DNA of 28,030 nt. Source: Deltaproteobacteria bacterium (lineage in GTDB: Bacteria > Desulfobacterota > Desulfobacteria > Desulfobacterales > C00003060). The translations under genes were made by a program, and so were the position numbers. The stretch spans positions 1 through 28,030 of the forward strand of contig JAFDGP010000003.1 in NCBI GenBank assembly GCA_019309245.1, written 5' to 3'. Positions within the stretch are counted from its first letter, which is position 1. Every line of letters begins with the position of its first letter. The notes under the pieces were generated by a model that saw only the letters and a program-made list of their open reading frames with translations, had not been told where the DNA came from and made no database searches. Below, in pieces: positions 1 to 8,113 of this stretch.

Positions 1-116
1 AACAAAACTTCATCGCCAATCGTAGGGTGGATGCCGATCTCCAGGTAGATGAAAAGATGCTATTCGAACAGCAATGCGCTGGAGCCGCACAACAATACGG
101 GGTCACAGTACCTTGA
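1..116 (+). CDS. 3' end of an upstream gene (partial, product unknown)
   Basis: Frame +3 is open from the window edge (QNFIANRRVDADLQVDEKMLFEQQCAGAAQQYGVTVP) to TGA 114-116, 5 nt before the likely TTG start of the next gene. There is no recognisable motif. Confidence 0.4.
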   Translation, partial: QNFIANRRVDADLQVDEKMLFEQQCAGAAQQYGVTVP

Positions 117-121
117 CCGTA

Positions 122-1078
122 TTGAAAACAAATACAAAAAACGTTGAGCCATCCTTGATCCAACGATACAGCCGCAATCCGATCCTGACCAAACACGACG
201 TGCCCTATCCGGTGGAGACCGTGCATAATGCCGGTGTGGTCAAGCACGACCGCAAATACGTGATGCTCTTCAGGTCGCACCTCAGGAACGGGCGCTCGAT
301 TATCGGGCTGGCGCAAAGCGAGGATGGCTTTCATTTTCGCGTTCACCCGGAGCCGTTCTTGACACCGGCTCAGGACGGCCCTTTTGCACCCTACGAGGAA
401 TACGGTGTGGAGGACCCGCGTGTGTGCGCTTTAGACGGCACCTATCTGATCACCTACAGTGCGTACTCAAGATACGGGGTCAGGGTGGCTCTGGCCAAGA
501 CCGCAGATTTTGGGTCTATAAAACGGGTGGCCCTGGTGACCCAGGCGGACTGTCGCAACATTGTTATTTTCCCGGCACGGTTTTCCGGCCGGTACGCCCG
601 GCTGGACCGGCCTCATTCGGAGATCTGTCCCTGGTCGATTTGGGTCTCCTATTCCCCGGATTTGATCCACTGGGGCGACTCAAAGGTCGCTATTACGCCG
701 CTGGCCTATCATTGGGACGAGATGAAAGTGGGCCCGGGCGCGACTCCCATTCAAACCTCACGGGGTTGGCTCAACCTCTTTCATGGTGTGTTTCAGACCA
801 TGGACGGCGCTGTTTACAGGCTTGGCGCGGCTCTTCATGATCTTGAGGACCCGGGCAGGGTCCTGGGGGTGGCTGATGAGTGGATTCTGCAACCCGAGGA
901 TCCCTGGGAGGTGAGTGGTTACGTCCATAACGTGGTCTTTTCGTGCGGGGCGGTGGCCGAACCGGACGGGATGCTCAAGGTCTACTGGGGCGGTGCTGAT
1001 ACCGTGATTTGCGCAGGGACCGTCGAAACGGAGGCCCTGGTTGATTTGTGCCTGACCCGGTCCAGACCCCCGATCTAA
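122..1078 (+). CDS. Glycoside hydrolase family 130 protein (mannoside phosphorylase-like, 5-bladed beta-propeller)
   Basis: Motifs RYSRNPIL, HNAGVV, GVEDPRV (catalytic Asp region), KVGPGATP and YVHNVVFSCG, plus VYWGGADTVI. The ORF track starts at ATG 74, which overlaps the upstream ORF, so in-frame TTG 122 is preferred. The start is uncertain. Confidence 0.88.
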   Translation: MKTNTKNVEPSLIQRYSRNPILTKHDVPYPVETVHNAGVVKHDRKYVMLFRSHLRNGRSIIGLAQSEDGFHFRVHPEPFLTPAQDGPFAPYEEYGVEDPRVCALDGTYLITYSAYSRYGVRVALAKTADFGSIKRVALVTQADCRNIVIFPARFSGRYARLDRPHSEICPWSIWVSYSPDLIHWGDSKVAITPLAYHWDEMKVGPGATPIQTSRGWLNLFHGVFQTMDGAVYRLGAALHDLEDPGRVLGVADEWILQPEDPWEVSGYVHNVVFSCGAVAEPDGMLKVYWGGADTVICAGTVETEALVDLCLTRSRPPI

Positions 1079-1304
1079 TTGCCCTGCGGCAATCGCCGAT
1101 TTGCCGATAAGGTTGCCGGTTGCCAGCTTTCGGGGTATTGCGCGCCGGATGCCGGGGAAAAGCGCCCCGATTCGGATCTTCTCATTTGACCTTGTCATTA
1201 TGTGTTTCCCTCTCGTTCCGAACGGTTCATAATCCAAAAATCTTTTTTATAACAATAGGATATTCGTTTAATGAATTTCGGGGCGGGAGTATTTTCAGTC
1301 GGCT

Positions 1305-1320
1305 TGGCATATGCGTTGCT
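1305..1320 (+). promoter_or_regulatory. sigma54 (RpoN) -24/-12 promoter of the acs operon
   Basis: TGGCATATGCGTTGCT versus consensus TGGCACGNNNNTTGCW, with GG and GC at exact spacing. It lies 74 nt upstream of the acs ATG and is preceded by an AT-rich tract (about 1229-1277). Confidence 0.8.
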
Positions 1321-1393
1321 TAATGTCATGTAGACCCCGACTAGGCCGTGCGGAGCGGCTCGGGGAATGCCGCAAGGAAGGAGGAGAACCCAT

Positions 1394-3346
1394 ATGGAAG
1401 TTGTTGCAATGAAAAAAAAGGACAAGGAAAGCCAACCTGAGCGGGAAACCACTGAGGCCTTGCTGGCGGAGGGCCGGGTATTTCGGCCGTTGCCCGAGCT
1501 GGTGGTGGATGCGAACTTGAACCCGAACGATTATGAAGAGGCGGTTCAAAAAGCCCGGCACGATCTGGAAGGCTTCTGGGAAGAGGCTGCCGAGGACCTG
1601 CACTGGTTCAAGCGGTGGGACAAGGTGCTGGATCGCTCTGAGGCCCCTTTTTTCAAGTGGTTTGTGGGGGGAAAGACCAATATCGCCTACAATGCGCTCG
1701 ACCGCCACATCACCACGCACCGCAAGAACAAGGTGGCCATCATTCACGAGCGCGAGGATGGTTCTCGGGAGCGGTTGACCTATTATGATCTGTACCGGGA
1801 AGCCAACCGTTTCGCGAACGTGCTTAAATCACTTGGGATTCAAAAAGGAGATCGGGTGGCCATATACCTGCCGAACATTCCCGAGATCGCCATTGTGATG
1901 TTGGGTTGTGCCAAAGTCGGTGCGATTCACAGCGTGGTCTACGCAGGGTTTAGTGCCGCAGCGCTTCGAGAACGCATCAACCATGCGGAGGCGAGGCTGG
2001 TCGTTACCGTGGACGGGTTTCAGAGAAACGGCAAGACCATCAGACTTAAGGAAGTGGTAGACGAGGCCATGACCGCGTGTCCCAGCGTGGAGACGGTGAT
2101 CGTGATTCAACGTATGGGCGTGGAAGTGGACATGAGCGATGGGCGCTACCTGTGGTTTCACGATTTGATGAAAGGGGAACCTGCCAGCTTCGAGACCATG
2201 GCCATGGACGCGACTGATCCTTTGTATATCCTGTACACATCAGGCACCACAGGCAAACCCAAGGGTGTGGTCCACTGCCATGGGGGCTACGGTGTCGGCA
2301 TCACCCGGACTCTCAAGTGGGTCTTCGACATCAAGGAAACGGACATTTTCTGGTGTGCCGCCGATCCCGGCTGGGTTACGGGTCACAGTTACATTGTGTA
2401 TGGCCCGTTGTGTGCCGGGACGACCACTGTGATGTACGAAGGCCATCCCCTGTTTCCCGGGCCGGATCGGATGTGGCAGATCATCGAAAAATACGGCATT
2501 AACATCTTATATACAGCCCCGACGACCATCCGGATGCTCATGCGGTTTGGGTCGCAACATCCGAAGAAGTATGATCTTTCTACGCTCAGGATCCTGGGCA
2601 CGGTGGGCGAGCCGATCAATCCGGAGGCCTGGGTCTGGTATTATGAAAACATCGGCAACCATAACTGTCCCATCATGGATACTTGGTGGCAGACGGAAAC
2701 CGGTATGTTCATGGTGACCCCCACGCCCTGCAACGTCTTGAAGCCCGGCTCAGCATTCAAACCTTTTCCCGGGGTGCACGTGGATGTTGTGGACGCCCAC
2801 GGGGAGCCGGTCCAGGCCGGAAAAGGGGGATACGTGGTGGTGAAAGAACCGTGGCCGGCCATGCTGCAAGGATTGTACAAAGATCCTGAAAAGTACAAGG
2901 AAGTGTACTGGTCCAAGATACCCGGGATGTATCTGGCCGGAGACATCGCCACCAAGGACGAAGACGGCTATTTCCGCTTCCAGGGGCGCTCGGATGACGT
3001 ATTAAACACGGCCGGGCACCGGATCGGGACCGCCGAGGTGGAAAGCGCACTGGTCAGTCACAAGTACGTGGCCGAGGCCGCATGCATCGGTGTGCCCGAC
3101 AAGGTCAAGGGTGAGGTCGCCAAGTTGTTTGTGACCCTCAAGGAGGGTGTGGAAGAAGACGAGGCCACCCTGGTCAACGAGCTCAAGGCGCACGTTCGAA
3201 AAGAGCTGGGGCCGATCGTGGTGATCCGTGAAATTTCCTTTGAAAGCAAGTTGCCCAAGACGCGAAGCGGCAAGATCATGCGACGCGTTCTTAAGGCCAG
3301 GGAACTGGGGCTTTCAGAGGGCGATCTATCGACACTTGACGACTAG
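1394..3346 (+). CDS. acs: Acetate--CoA ligase (AMP-forming acetyl-CoA synthetase)
   Basis: P-loop YTSGTTGKPKG, FWCAADPGWVTGHSYIVYGPL, DTWWQTETG, GRSDD and PKTRSGKIMRR (acetylatable catalytic Lys). A strong SD (GGAGGAG 1380-1386) precedes ATG 1394. Confidence 0.96.
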   Translation: MEVVAMKKKDKESQPERETTEALLAEGRVFRPLPELVVDANLNPNDYEEAVQKARHDLEGFWEEAAEDLHWFKRWDKVLDRSEAPFFKWFVGGKTNIAYNALDRHITTHRKNKVAIIHEREDGSRERLTYYDLYREANRFANVLKSLGIQKGDRVAIYLPNIPEIAIVMLGCAKVGAIHSVVYAGFSAAALRERINHAEARLVVTVDGFQRNGKTIRLKEVVDEAMTACPSVETVIVIQRMGVEVDMSDGRYLWFHDLMKGEPASFETMAMDATDPLYILYTSGTTGKPKGVVHCHGGYGVGITRTLKWVFDIKETDIFWCAADPGWVTGHSYIVYGPLCAGTTTVMYEGHPLFPGPDRMWQIIEKYGINILYTAPTTIRMLMRFGSQHPKKYDLSTLRILGTVGEPINPEAWVWYYENIGNHNCPIMDTWWQTETGMFMVTPTPCNVLKPGSAFKPFPGVHVDVVDAHGEPVQAGKGGYVVVKEPWPAMLQGLYKDPEKYKEVYWSKIPGMYLAGDIATKDEDGYFRFQGRSDDVLNTAGHRIGTAEVESALVSHKYVAEAACIGVPDKVKGEVAKLFVTLKEGVEEDEATLVNELKAHVRKELGPIVVIREISFESKLPKTRSGKIMRRVLKARELGLSEGDLSTLDD

Positions 3347-3370
3347 AAGAAGCGAAGGGAGGAAATCAGG

Positions 3371-5278
3371 ATGAGCGCAGGTGTTTATTGGTTGTTTGCA
3401 TTTGTTTTGGCGTATTGGGCATACTGCATTACCTGGGGCGTCAAGGGGGCGATTCGCGCGAAGACCGCGTCGGACTATTTTATTGCCGGCCGTCAGATCA
3501 ATGTCTGGGTCTTTGTGCTGGCCGCCACGGCTACGTCTTTTAGCGGCTGGACCTTTGTGGGGCATCCGGCGCTGGTATGGCGCGATGGGTTTCCGTATGC
3601 CTATGCGTCGTTTTACGCGATTACCATTCCTTTTACCGGGGTGATCTTTTTGAAACGCCAGTGGCTGCTCGGGAAGAAATACGGCTTCGTCACTCCGGGG
3701 GAGATGTTTTCCACCTATTTCAAGAGCGATACCATGCGGATTCTCACGGTGATCGTGGCCCTGTTTTTCAGCATTCCCTACCTGGGTGTGCAATTGCGGG
3801 CTTCGGGGTATTTGTTTAATATCCTGACCGATGGGCTGTTCTCCGTCGATGTCGGGATGGTCCTTCTGGCCGTGGTGGTGACGATTTACGTGGCCTTGGG
3901 CGGGCTGCGCTCGGTGGCGTATGTGGATACGGCCCAGTGCATCCTGCTGGCTTTCGGCATTGTTGCCTTGGGCATCATCACGCTTTCTTTTTGCGGTGGA
4001 TGGGAAGGCCTGACCCAGGGAATTGCCAAGATCACCATGGCCGACAGCAAACTGACCCCGGAGGGCTACAGCCACTATATTGCCATCCCGGGGGTCATTC
4101 AATGGGTGCCGTCGGCAGGAAAGGCGGTCGGCGGGGTCTGGACCGGCGTGATGATCCTGACCTATATGTTTGCCTTAATGGGCATCCAATCGGCGCCGGC
4201 CTTTTCCATGTGGGCCTTTTCCAACAAGGACCCCAGGCCGTTTCCCTTGCAGCAGGTATTCGCCTCATCCATGGGGATCGGTTTTATCCTCATGGTCTTT
4301 ACGGCCATCCAGGGTATGGGTGGTCACGCCCTCATGGATGCCAATATTATTCCGTCGCTGGCCGGGGGCAAGCAGGGCAACCTGGTTCCTTGGCTCATCC
4401 ACTTGCTGGGCGACCACTGGCCGGTGCTGGTCGGGCTCCTGGCGGTGTGCGCGTTGGCGGCCATGCAGTCTACCGGCGCGGCCTATATGTCCACCGCAGC
4501 CGGCATGCTCACCCGAGACATTTACAAGCACTTCATGAACAAAGAAGCCACGCACAAGCAGCAGAAATTTTTCGGGCGTATTTTGGTCCTTCTTGTGGTG
4601 TTTGCCGCCCTGGTCGTGGCGGTGACCTCCACGGACGCCCTGGTGCTTCTGGGAGGACTGGCGGTATCCTATGGATTTCAGATGTGGCCCGCGCTGATCG
4701 CCATCTGTTATGTGCCCTGGTTTACCAAACAGGGGATCGTTTCAGGACTGATCGCCGGTTTGGTAGGGGTTACACTGACCTACAAGTTCAAATTCGGACT
4801 TCCCTGGGGCGCCTATCCCCTGACCATTCACAGTGCCGGCTGGGGAATTTTGTTCAACCTGACCTTTGCTATCCTCGTCAGTGCGGTGACCCAGCCCGAC
4901 AGGAAGGAATTCGCCAGGCGGTTTGAATTCCACAAATTCCTGCGCCAACATGCCGGCCTGCCGTCTGCCAAGAAGCACCTGAAACCCATCGGTTGGATTA
5001 TTACGGTGTTGTGGTTTATCTTCGCTATCGGCCCGGGTGCGGTGATCGGCAACACAATTTTCGGTGATCCCAAGGCGCCGTCCACGTGGTTTCTTGGGAT
5101 GCCGTCCATCTGGATCTGGCAGCTGTTGTGGTGGGCCCTCGGGTGTTATATGATGTATTTTCTGGCCTTTAAGCTCGAGATGTCCACGAATATCACTGGA
5201 GAGGTCGAGGTCTTGGCCGAAGATATCGGGGATGTTCGGGTCTCTGATGGAAAGCCTATTCCGGAGGTGGCCGGCTAG
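3371..5278 (+). CDS. Sodium:solute symporter (SSS/SLC5) family transporter with a C-terminal membrane extension; probable acetate/monocarboxylate uptake
   Basis: Hydrophobic 635 aa protein with SSS signatures DYFIAGR, ATSFSGWTFVGHP, GGLRSVAYVD and AAMQST. It starts 24 nt after acs. The substrate is inferred from context only. Confidence 0.9.
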   Translation: MSAGVYWLFAFVLAYWAYCITWGVKGAIRAKTASDYFIAGRQINVWVFVLAATATSFSGWTFVGHPALVWRDGFPYAYASFYAITIPFTGVIFLKRQWLLGKKYGFVTPGEMFSTYFKSDTMRILTVIVALFFSIPYLGVQLRASGYLFNILTDGLFSVDVGMVLLAVVVTIYVALGGLRSVAYVDTAQCILLAFGIVALGIITLSFCGGWEGLTQGIAKITMADSKLTPEGYSHYIAIPGVIQWVPSAGKAVGGVWTGVMILTYMFALMGIQSAPAFSMWAFSNKDPRPFPLQQVFASSMGIGFILMVFTAIQGMGGHALMDANIIPSLAGGKQGNLVPWLIHLLGDHWPVLVGLLAVCALAAMQSTGAAYMSTAAGMLTRDIYKHFMNKEATHKQQKFFGRILVLLVVFAALVVAVTSTDALVLLGGLAVSYGFQMWPALIAICYVPWFTKQGIVSGLIAGLVGVTLTYKFKFGLPWGAYPLTIHSAGWGILFNLTFAILVSAVTQPDRKEFARRFEFHKFLRQHAGLPSAKKHLKPIGWIITVLWFIFAIGPGAVIGNTIFGDPKAPSTWFLGMPSIWIWQLLWWALGCYMMYFLAFKLEMSTNITGEVEVLAEDIGDVRVSDGKPIPEVAG

Positions 5279-5282
5279 CTTC

Positions 5283-5816
5283 ATGAAGAGCGGTTTGTTG
5301 AAATGGATAGCCCTGGCAGTGGTCTTGTGCCTCTGCCAGGGCTGTAACAGCCAGAAACGCCCTGAAGAAAAACGACAAAAGGCTTATAAGAAACTGTTGA
5401 TAGAGGGGGCGGACCTCCTGAAACGGCAGAAATTCCAAGATGCCTTCGATATGTTCGACAGAGCTGTGACCAAGATGCCGGAAGCTGCCGAAGGCTATTT
5501 GAATCGTGGGATAACCCGGGTCCTGCTCAAAGAATACGAAAAGGCTGTGGGCGATTTCACGGAGGCCATCAAACGGGATGACAAGCTGGCCATCGCCTAT
5601 GCCGACCGGGGGATTGCCTATGATCATCTGGGCCAGCAGAAAGAGGCCCTCTCCGATTACAAGAAAGCCCTTGCCATAGACCCCAACCAGATCAAAGGTC
5701 CCGGGTTTTTGGAGCGTTTCATGTACAAAAAGCCCAAAACCCCTGATGTAAGAGAGCGAGCGGTCTTTCTGGAAAAGACAATGCGTTCGAAAGACTCAAG
5801 AAATGACCCTTCCTGA
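5283..5816 (+). CDS. TPR-repeat lipoprotein
   Basis: Signal peptide with lipobox-like LCQGC after ATG 5283 (4 nt after the symporter stop). About 3 TPR units (AEGYLNRG..., A...FTEAI, AYADRGIAY...A..DYKKALAIDP). Confidence 0.8.
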   Translation: MKSGLLKWIALAVVLCLCQGCNSQKRPEEKRQKAYKKLLIEGADLLKRQKFQDAFDMFDRAVTKMPEAAEGYLNRGITRVLLKEYEKAVGDFTEAIKRDDKLAIAYADRGIAYDHLGQQKEALSDYKKALAIDPNQIKGPGFLERFMYKKPKTPDVRERAVFLEKTMRSKDSRNDPS

Positions 5817-5878
5817 CATAACCCGCCGGATATTCTCTACGCACCATCCATTGTCCCCCGTGTTTTTTATTCTTCGCC

Positions 5879-5908
5879 TTGAAATTATTGTTCAAACCGT
5901 GGTAAATT
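5879..5908 (+). promoter_or_regulatory. Candidate sigma70 promoter of the DUF294 gene
   Basis: TTGAAA (5879-5884), 18 nt spacer, TAAATT (5903-5908) with an extended -10 TG at 5900-5901, in an AT-rich intergenic region. Confidence 0.5.
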
Positions 5909-5977
5909 AATAGTTTAAAATTCGCTGCCTTTTTGTTTACACTGGCCGGGTGCCGACAAATTTGTAATGGATGAACC

Positions 5978-7915
5978 ATGACCAAGGTCCACGACATCAA
6001 TGCTGTCGAATTCTTGCGAGAAATTATCCCGTTCAACAGCCTTCCCGAGGAGGTGATCCTGGAAATTTGCGACCAGCTCCGGATTCAGGAATTCCCGAAG
6101 GACAGCCTGATTTTCCAACAAGATGGCCCTCCCTGTGAATACCTTTACATGATCCGGCGGGGGGCGGTTATCAAGTCCGTGCAAAGGGACGGGGCCGATG
6201 TCTTGTTTGATTTCAGGACGGAAGGGGAGGTGTTCGGCAGCGCGTCACTCGTCGCAGGAACGGGCCCTGCATTCAGCGTCCGTGCCTATGAGGACACGGT
6301 ATGCTACCTGCTTCCAAAGGCAGCCTTTGATGCCCTGATGCAAAACCACGTGGGGTTTCACGAGCATTTCGCGATACGGGTTTCTCGTCTTTCGGATCGG
6401 CTCAAAAAGGCCCAGTCTGGCATCTTTTCCCTGCCTTCCGGTTCCGATGTCCTGGTCTTGCAGGAAGGGAGGCCGTTATTTGGCGGGGTCTCAGCCGGTG
6501 AATTGATCAAAAGTAAACCAGTGACCTGTTCCCCGTACCATGAAGCGACTTACGTGGCCAAGTTGATGGCCCGCCACCAGATCGGGGCCGTGGTGGTGGT
6601 TGATTTGCGAAACCGGCCTCTTGGTATCGTGACCAAGACGGATATGACCAACAAGATCCTCGCGGCGGAAAAGACCGGGGCAGAACCCGTCAGAACCATC
6701 ATGAGTGCACCGGTTATCGGGGTGTCACCGGAAGAGCCGGCCTTCAATGCCTTGCTCAAAATGGCCGGCAGAGGATTCCATCACGTGTGTGTCGTGGTTG
6801 GAGAGATGCTTCTTGGTGTGATTTCTCAGCACGACTTGATCACCCTCCAGGGGGCAGACCCACTGGCTGTGATTAATCGGATCGAAGCTCAAGACACACT
6901 CGATGGGCTCGTCGAGCCTGTTCAATCCCTGGACGCGCTCGTGGAACATCTTTTGGAGGCCGGCGTTGAGGCAAAACAAGTCGCGGGTTTTATATCGGAA
7001 TGCAACGACCGTCTGACCCGCCGCATCATCGCGCTGTCCCAGGAGGCCATGCTGGAGGAAGGTCTGGGAGCGGTTCCGGGGCCCTATTGTTGGCTGGCCC
7101 TGGGCAGCGAAGGCCGAAAAGAACAGGCCCTGCGTACGGATCAGGATAACGCCATCATCTATGCGGACCCGGAACCCGGGTCGCAGGATCGGGTGCAAAC
7201 GTATTATTTGGAACTTGGCCGACGCGTGGTCTCAGGCCTTGAACGCTGCGGATTTCCGCTGTGTAAGGGAGAAATCATGGCCAGCAATCCGCAATGGTGC
7301 TGTTCAGAGACGGCGTGGAGGACTTATTTTTCGAAGTGGATTAACGACGCATCCCCTGAGGATTTGAGGAAGTGCACGATTTTTTTTGATTTTCGCGGCC
7401 TGGAAGGGGTTACCGGGCTGGCCGACGGGCTCCGCGATTTCTTGCACGGTCAGATTGAGGCAAACCGGGCTTTCCTGAGACATTTAACCACGAACGCGCT
7501 GTACAACGGACCGCCGTTAGGGTTTTTGAGATCTCTTGTTGTGGAAAAAAAAGGGGTTCACAAGAACAAACTCAATTTGAAAATGAGCGGACTCGTCCCG
7601 GTAGTAGATGCCGTGAGGGTCTTTGCCTTGAGCCGAAACATTGACGCAACCAACACCCTGAAAAGGCTGGATCTTGTTCGTCGCAGCCACCTATTGTCCC
7701 ATAACATGGCCGCAGATGTCCAAGAGGCCTTTAGTTTTATCATGCTGCTGCGGATGAACCGCCATTTGAGTCAAAAAAAACAGGACCTGGCCCCGGATGA
7801 CTATATCAATCCGGAGGAATTGCCCAAGTTGCAGAAAAGGTCGCTGATTGAGGCATTTCATGTGATCCGGGACCTCCAGGGCGAAATGGCGGCCCGGTTC
7901 CCGGAGAGCCTGTAA
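5978..7915 (+). CDS. cNMP-binding + tandem CBS + DUF294 nucleotidyltransferase-like + substrate-binding domain protein
   Basis: N-terminal cNMP fold (LYMIRRGAV...EGEVFG), CBS pair (GAVVVVD...GIVTKTDM; GVISQHDL), GlnD/GlnE-like motif LGSEGRKEQALRTDQDNAI, then CKGEIMASNPQW, IFFDFR and NLKMSGLVP. Confidence 0.92.
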   Translation: MTKVHDINAVEFLREIIPFNSLPEEVILEICDQLRIQEFPKDSLIFQQDGPPCEYLYMIRRGAVIKSVQRDGADVLFDFRTEGEVFGSASLVAGTGPAFSVRAYEDTVCYLLPKAAFDALMQNHVGFHEHFAIRVSRLSDRLKKAQSGIFSLPSGSDVLVLQEGRPLFGGVSAGELIKSKPVTCSPYHEATYVAKLMARHQIGAVVVVDLRNRPLGIVTKTDMTNKILAAEKTGAEPVRTIMSAPVIGVSPEEPAFNALLKMAGRGFHHVCVVVGEMLLGVISQHDLITLQGADPLAVINRIEAQDTLDGLVEPVQSLDALVEHLLEAGVEAKQVAGFISECNDRLTRRIIALSQEAMLEEGLGAVPGPYCWLALGSEGRKEQALRTDQDNAIIYADPEPGSQDRVQTYYLELGRRVVSGLERCGFPLCKGEIMASNPQWCCSETAWRTYFSKWINDASPEDLRKCTIFFDFRGLEGVTGLADGLRDFLHGQIEANRAFLRHLTTNALYNGPPLGFLRSLVVEKKGVHKNKLNLKMSGLVPVVDAVRVFALSRNIDATNTLKRLDLVRRSHLLSHNMAADVQEAFSFIMLLRMNRHLSQKKQDLAPDDYINPEELPKLQKRSLIEAFHVIRDLQGEMAARFPESL

Positions 7916-8113
7916 CCCCAGGGCCTGGTGGCTGGGCTTGCTTTTTGGGCCCTTGGCCCTGTATGAAAAAATAGCGGAGGGCTGGCCCGGTATCTCGCGG
8001 AAAGCTCTGGCCGTGGCCGACGGGGCGGCTTTGGGGCAGGATACGGTGCCGGCATGAGGGCGGAATTCTAAGGAATGTTATCATCAGACTGACGTGAAAT
8101 ACCGGAAGACACC

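Noticed and set aside
1088-1105. GGCAA...TTGCC hairpin after GH130 as an intrinsic terminator
   Set aside because: Short stem and no following U-tract. Kept only as a possible enhancer element.
1214-1228. CGTTC-C-GAACG / GAAC-G-GTTC as a LexA-type box
   Set aside because: The spacing does not fit GAAC-N4-GTTC, and the downstream genes are not SOS-like.
3326-4926. Long alternative ORFs 3326-4102 (-) and 3937-4926 (+) overlapping the symporter
   Set aside because: They are shadow frames of a GC-rich, codon-biased gene, with no motifs and low-complexity Arg/Gly/Pro composition.
8075-8113. In-frame ATG 8075 and TGA 8090 upstream of the kinase, as possible selenocysteine or readthrough
   Set aside because: It would add only 13 residues, another stop lies at 8069, and there is no redox motif or evident SECIS.
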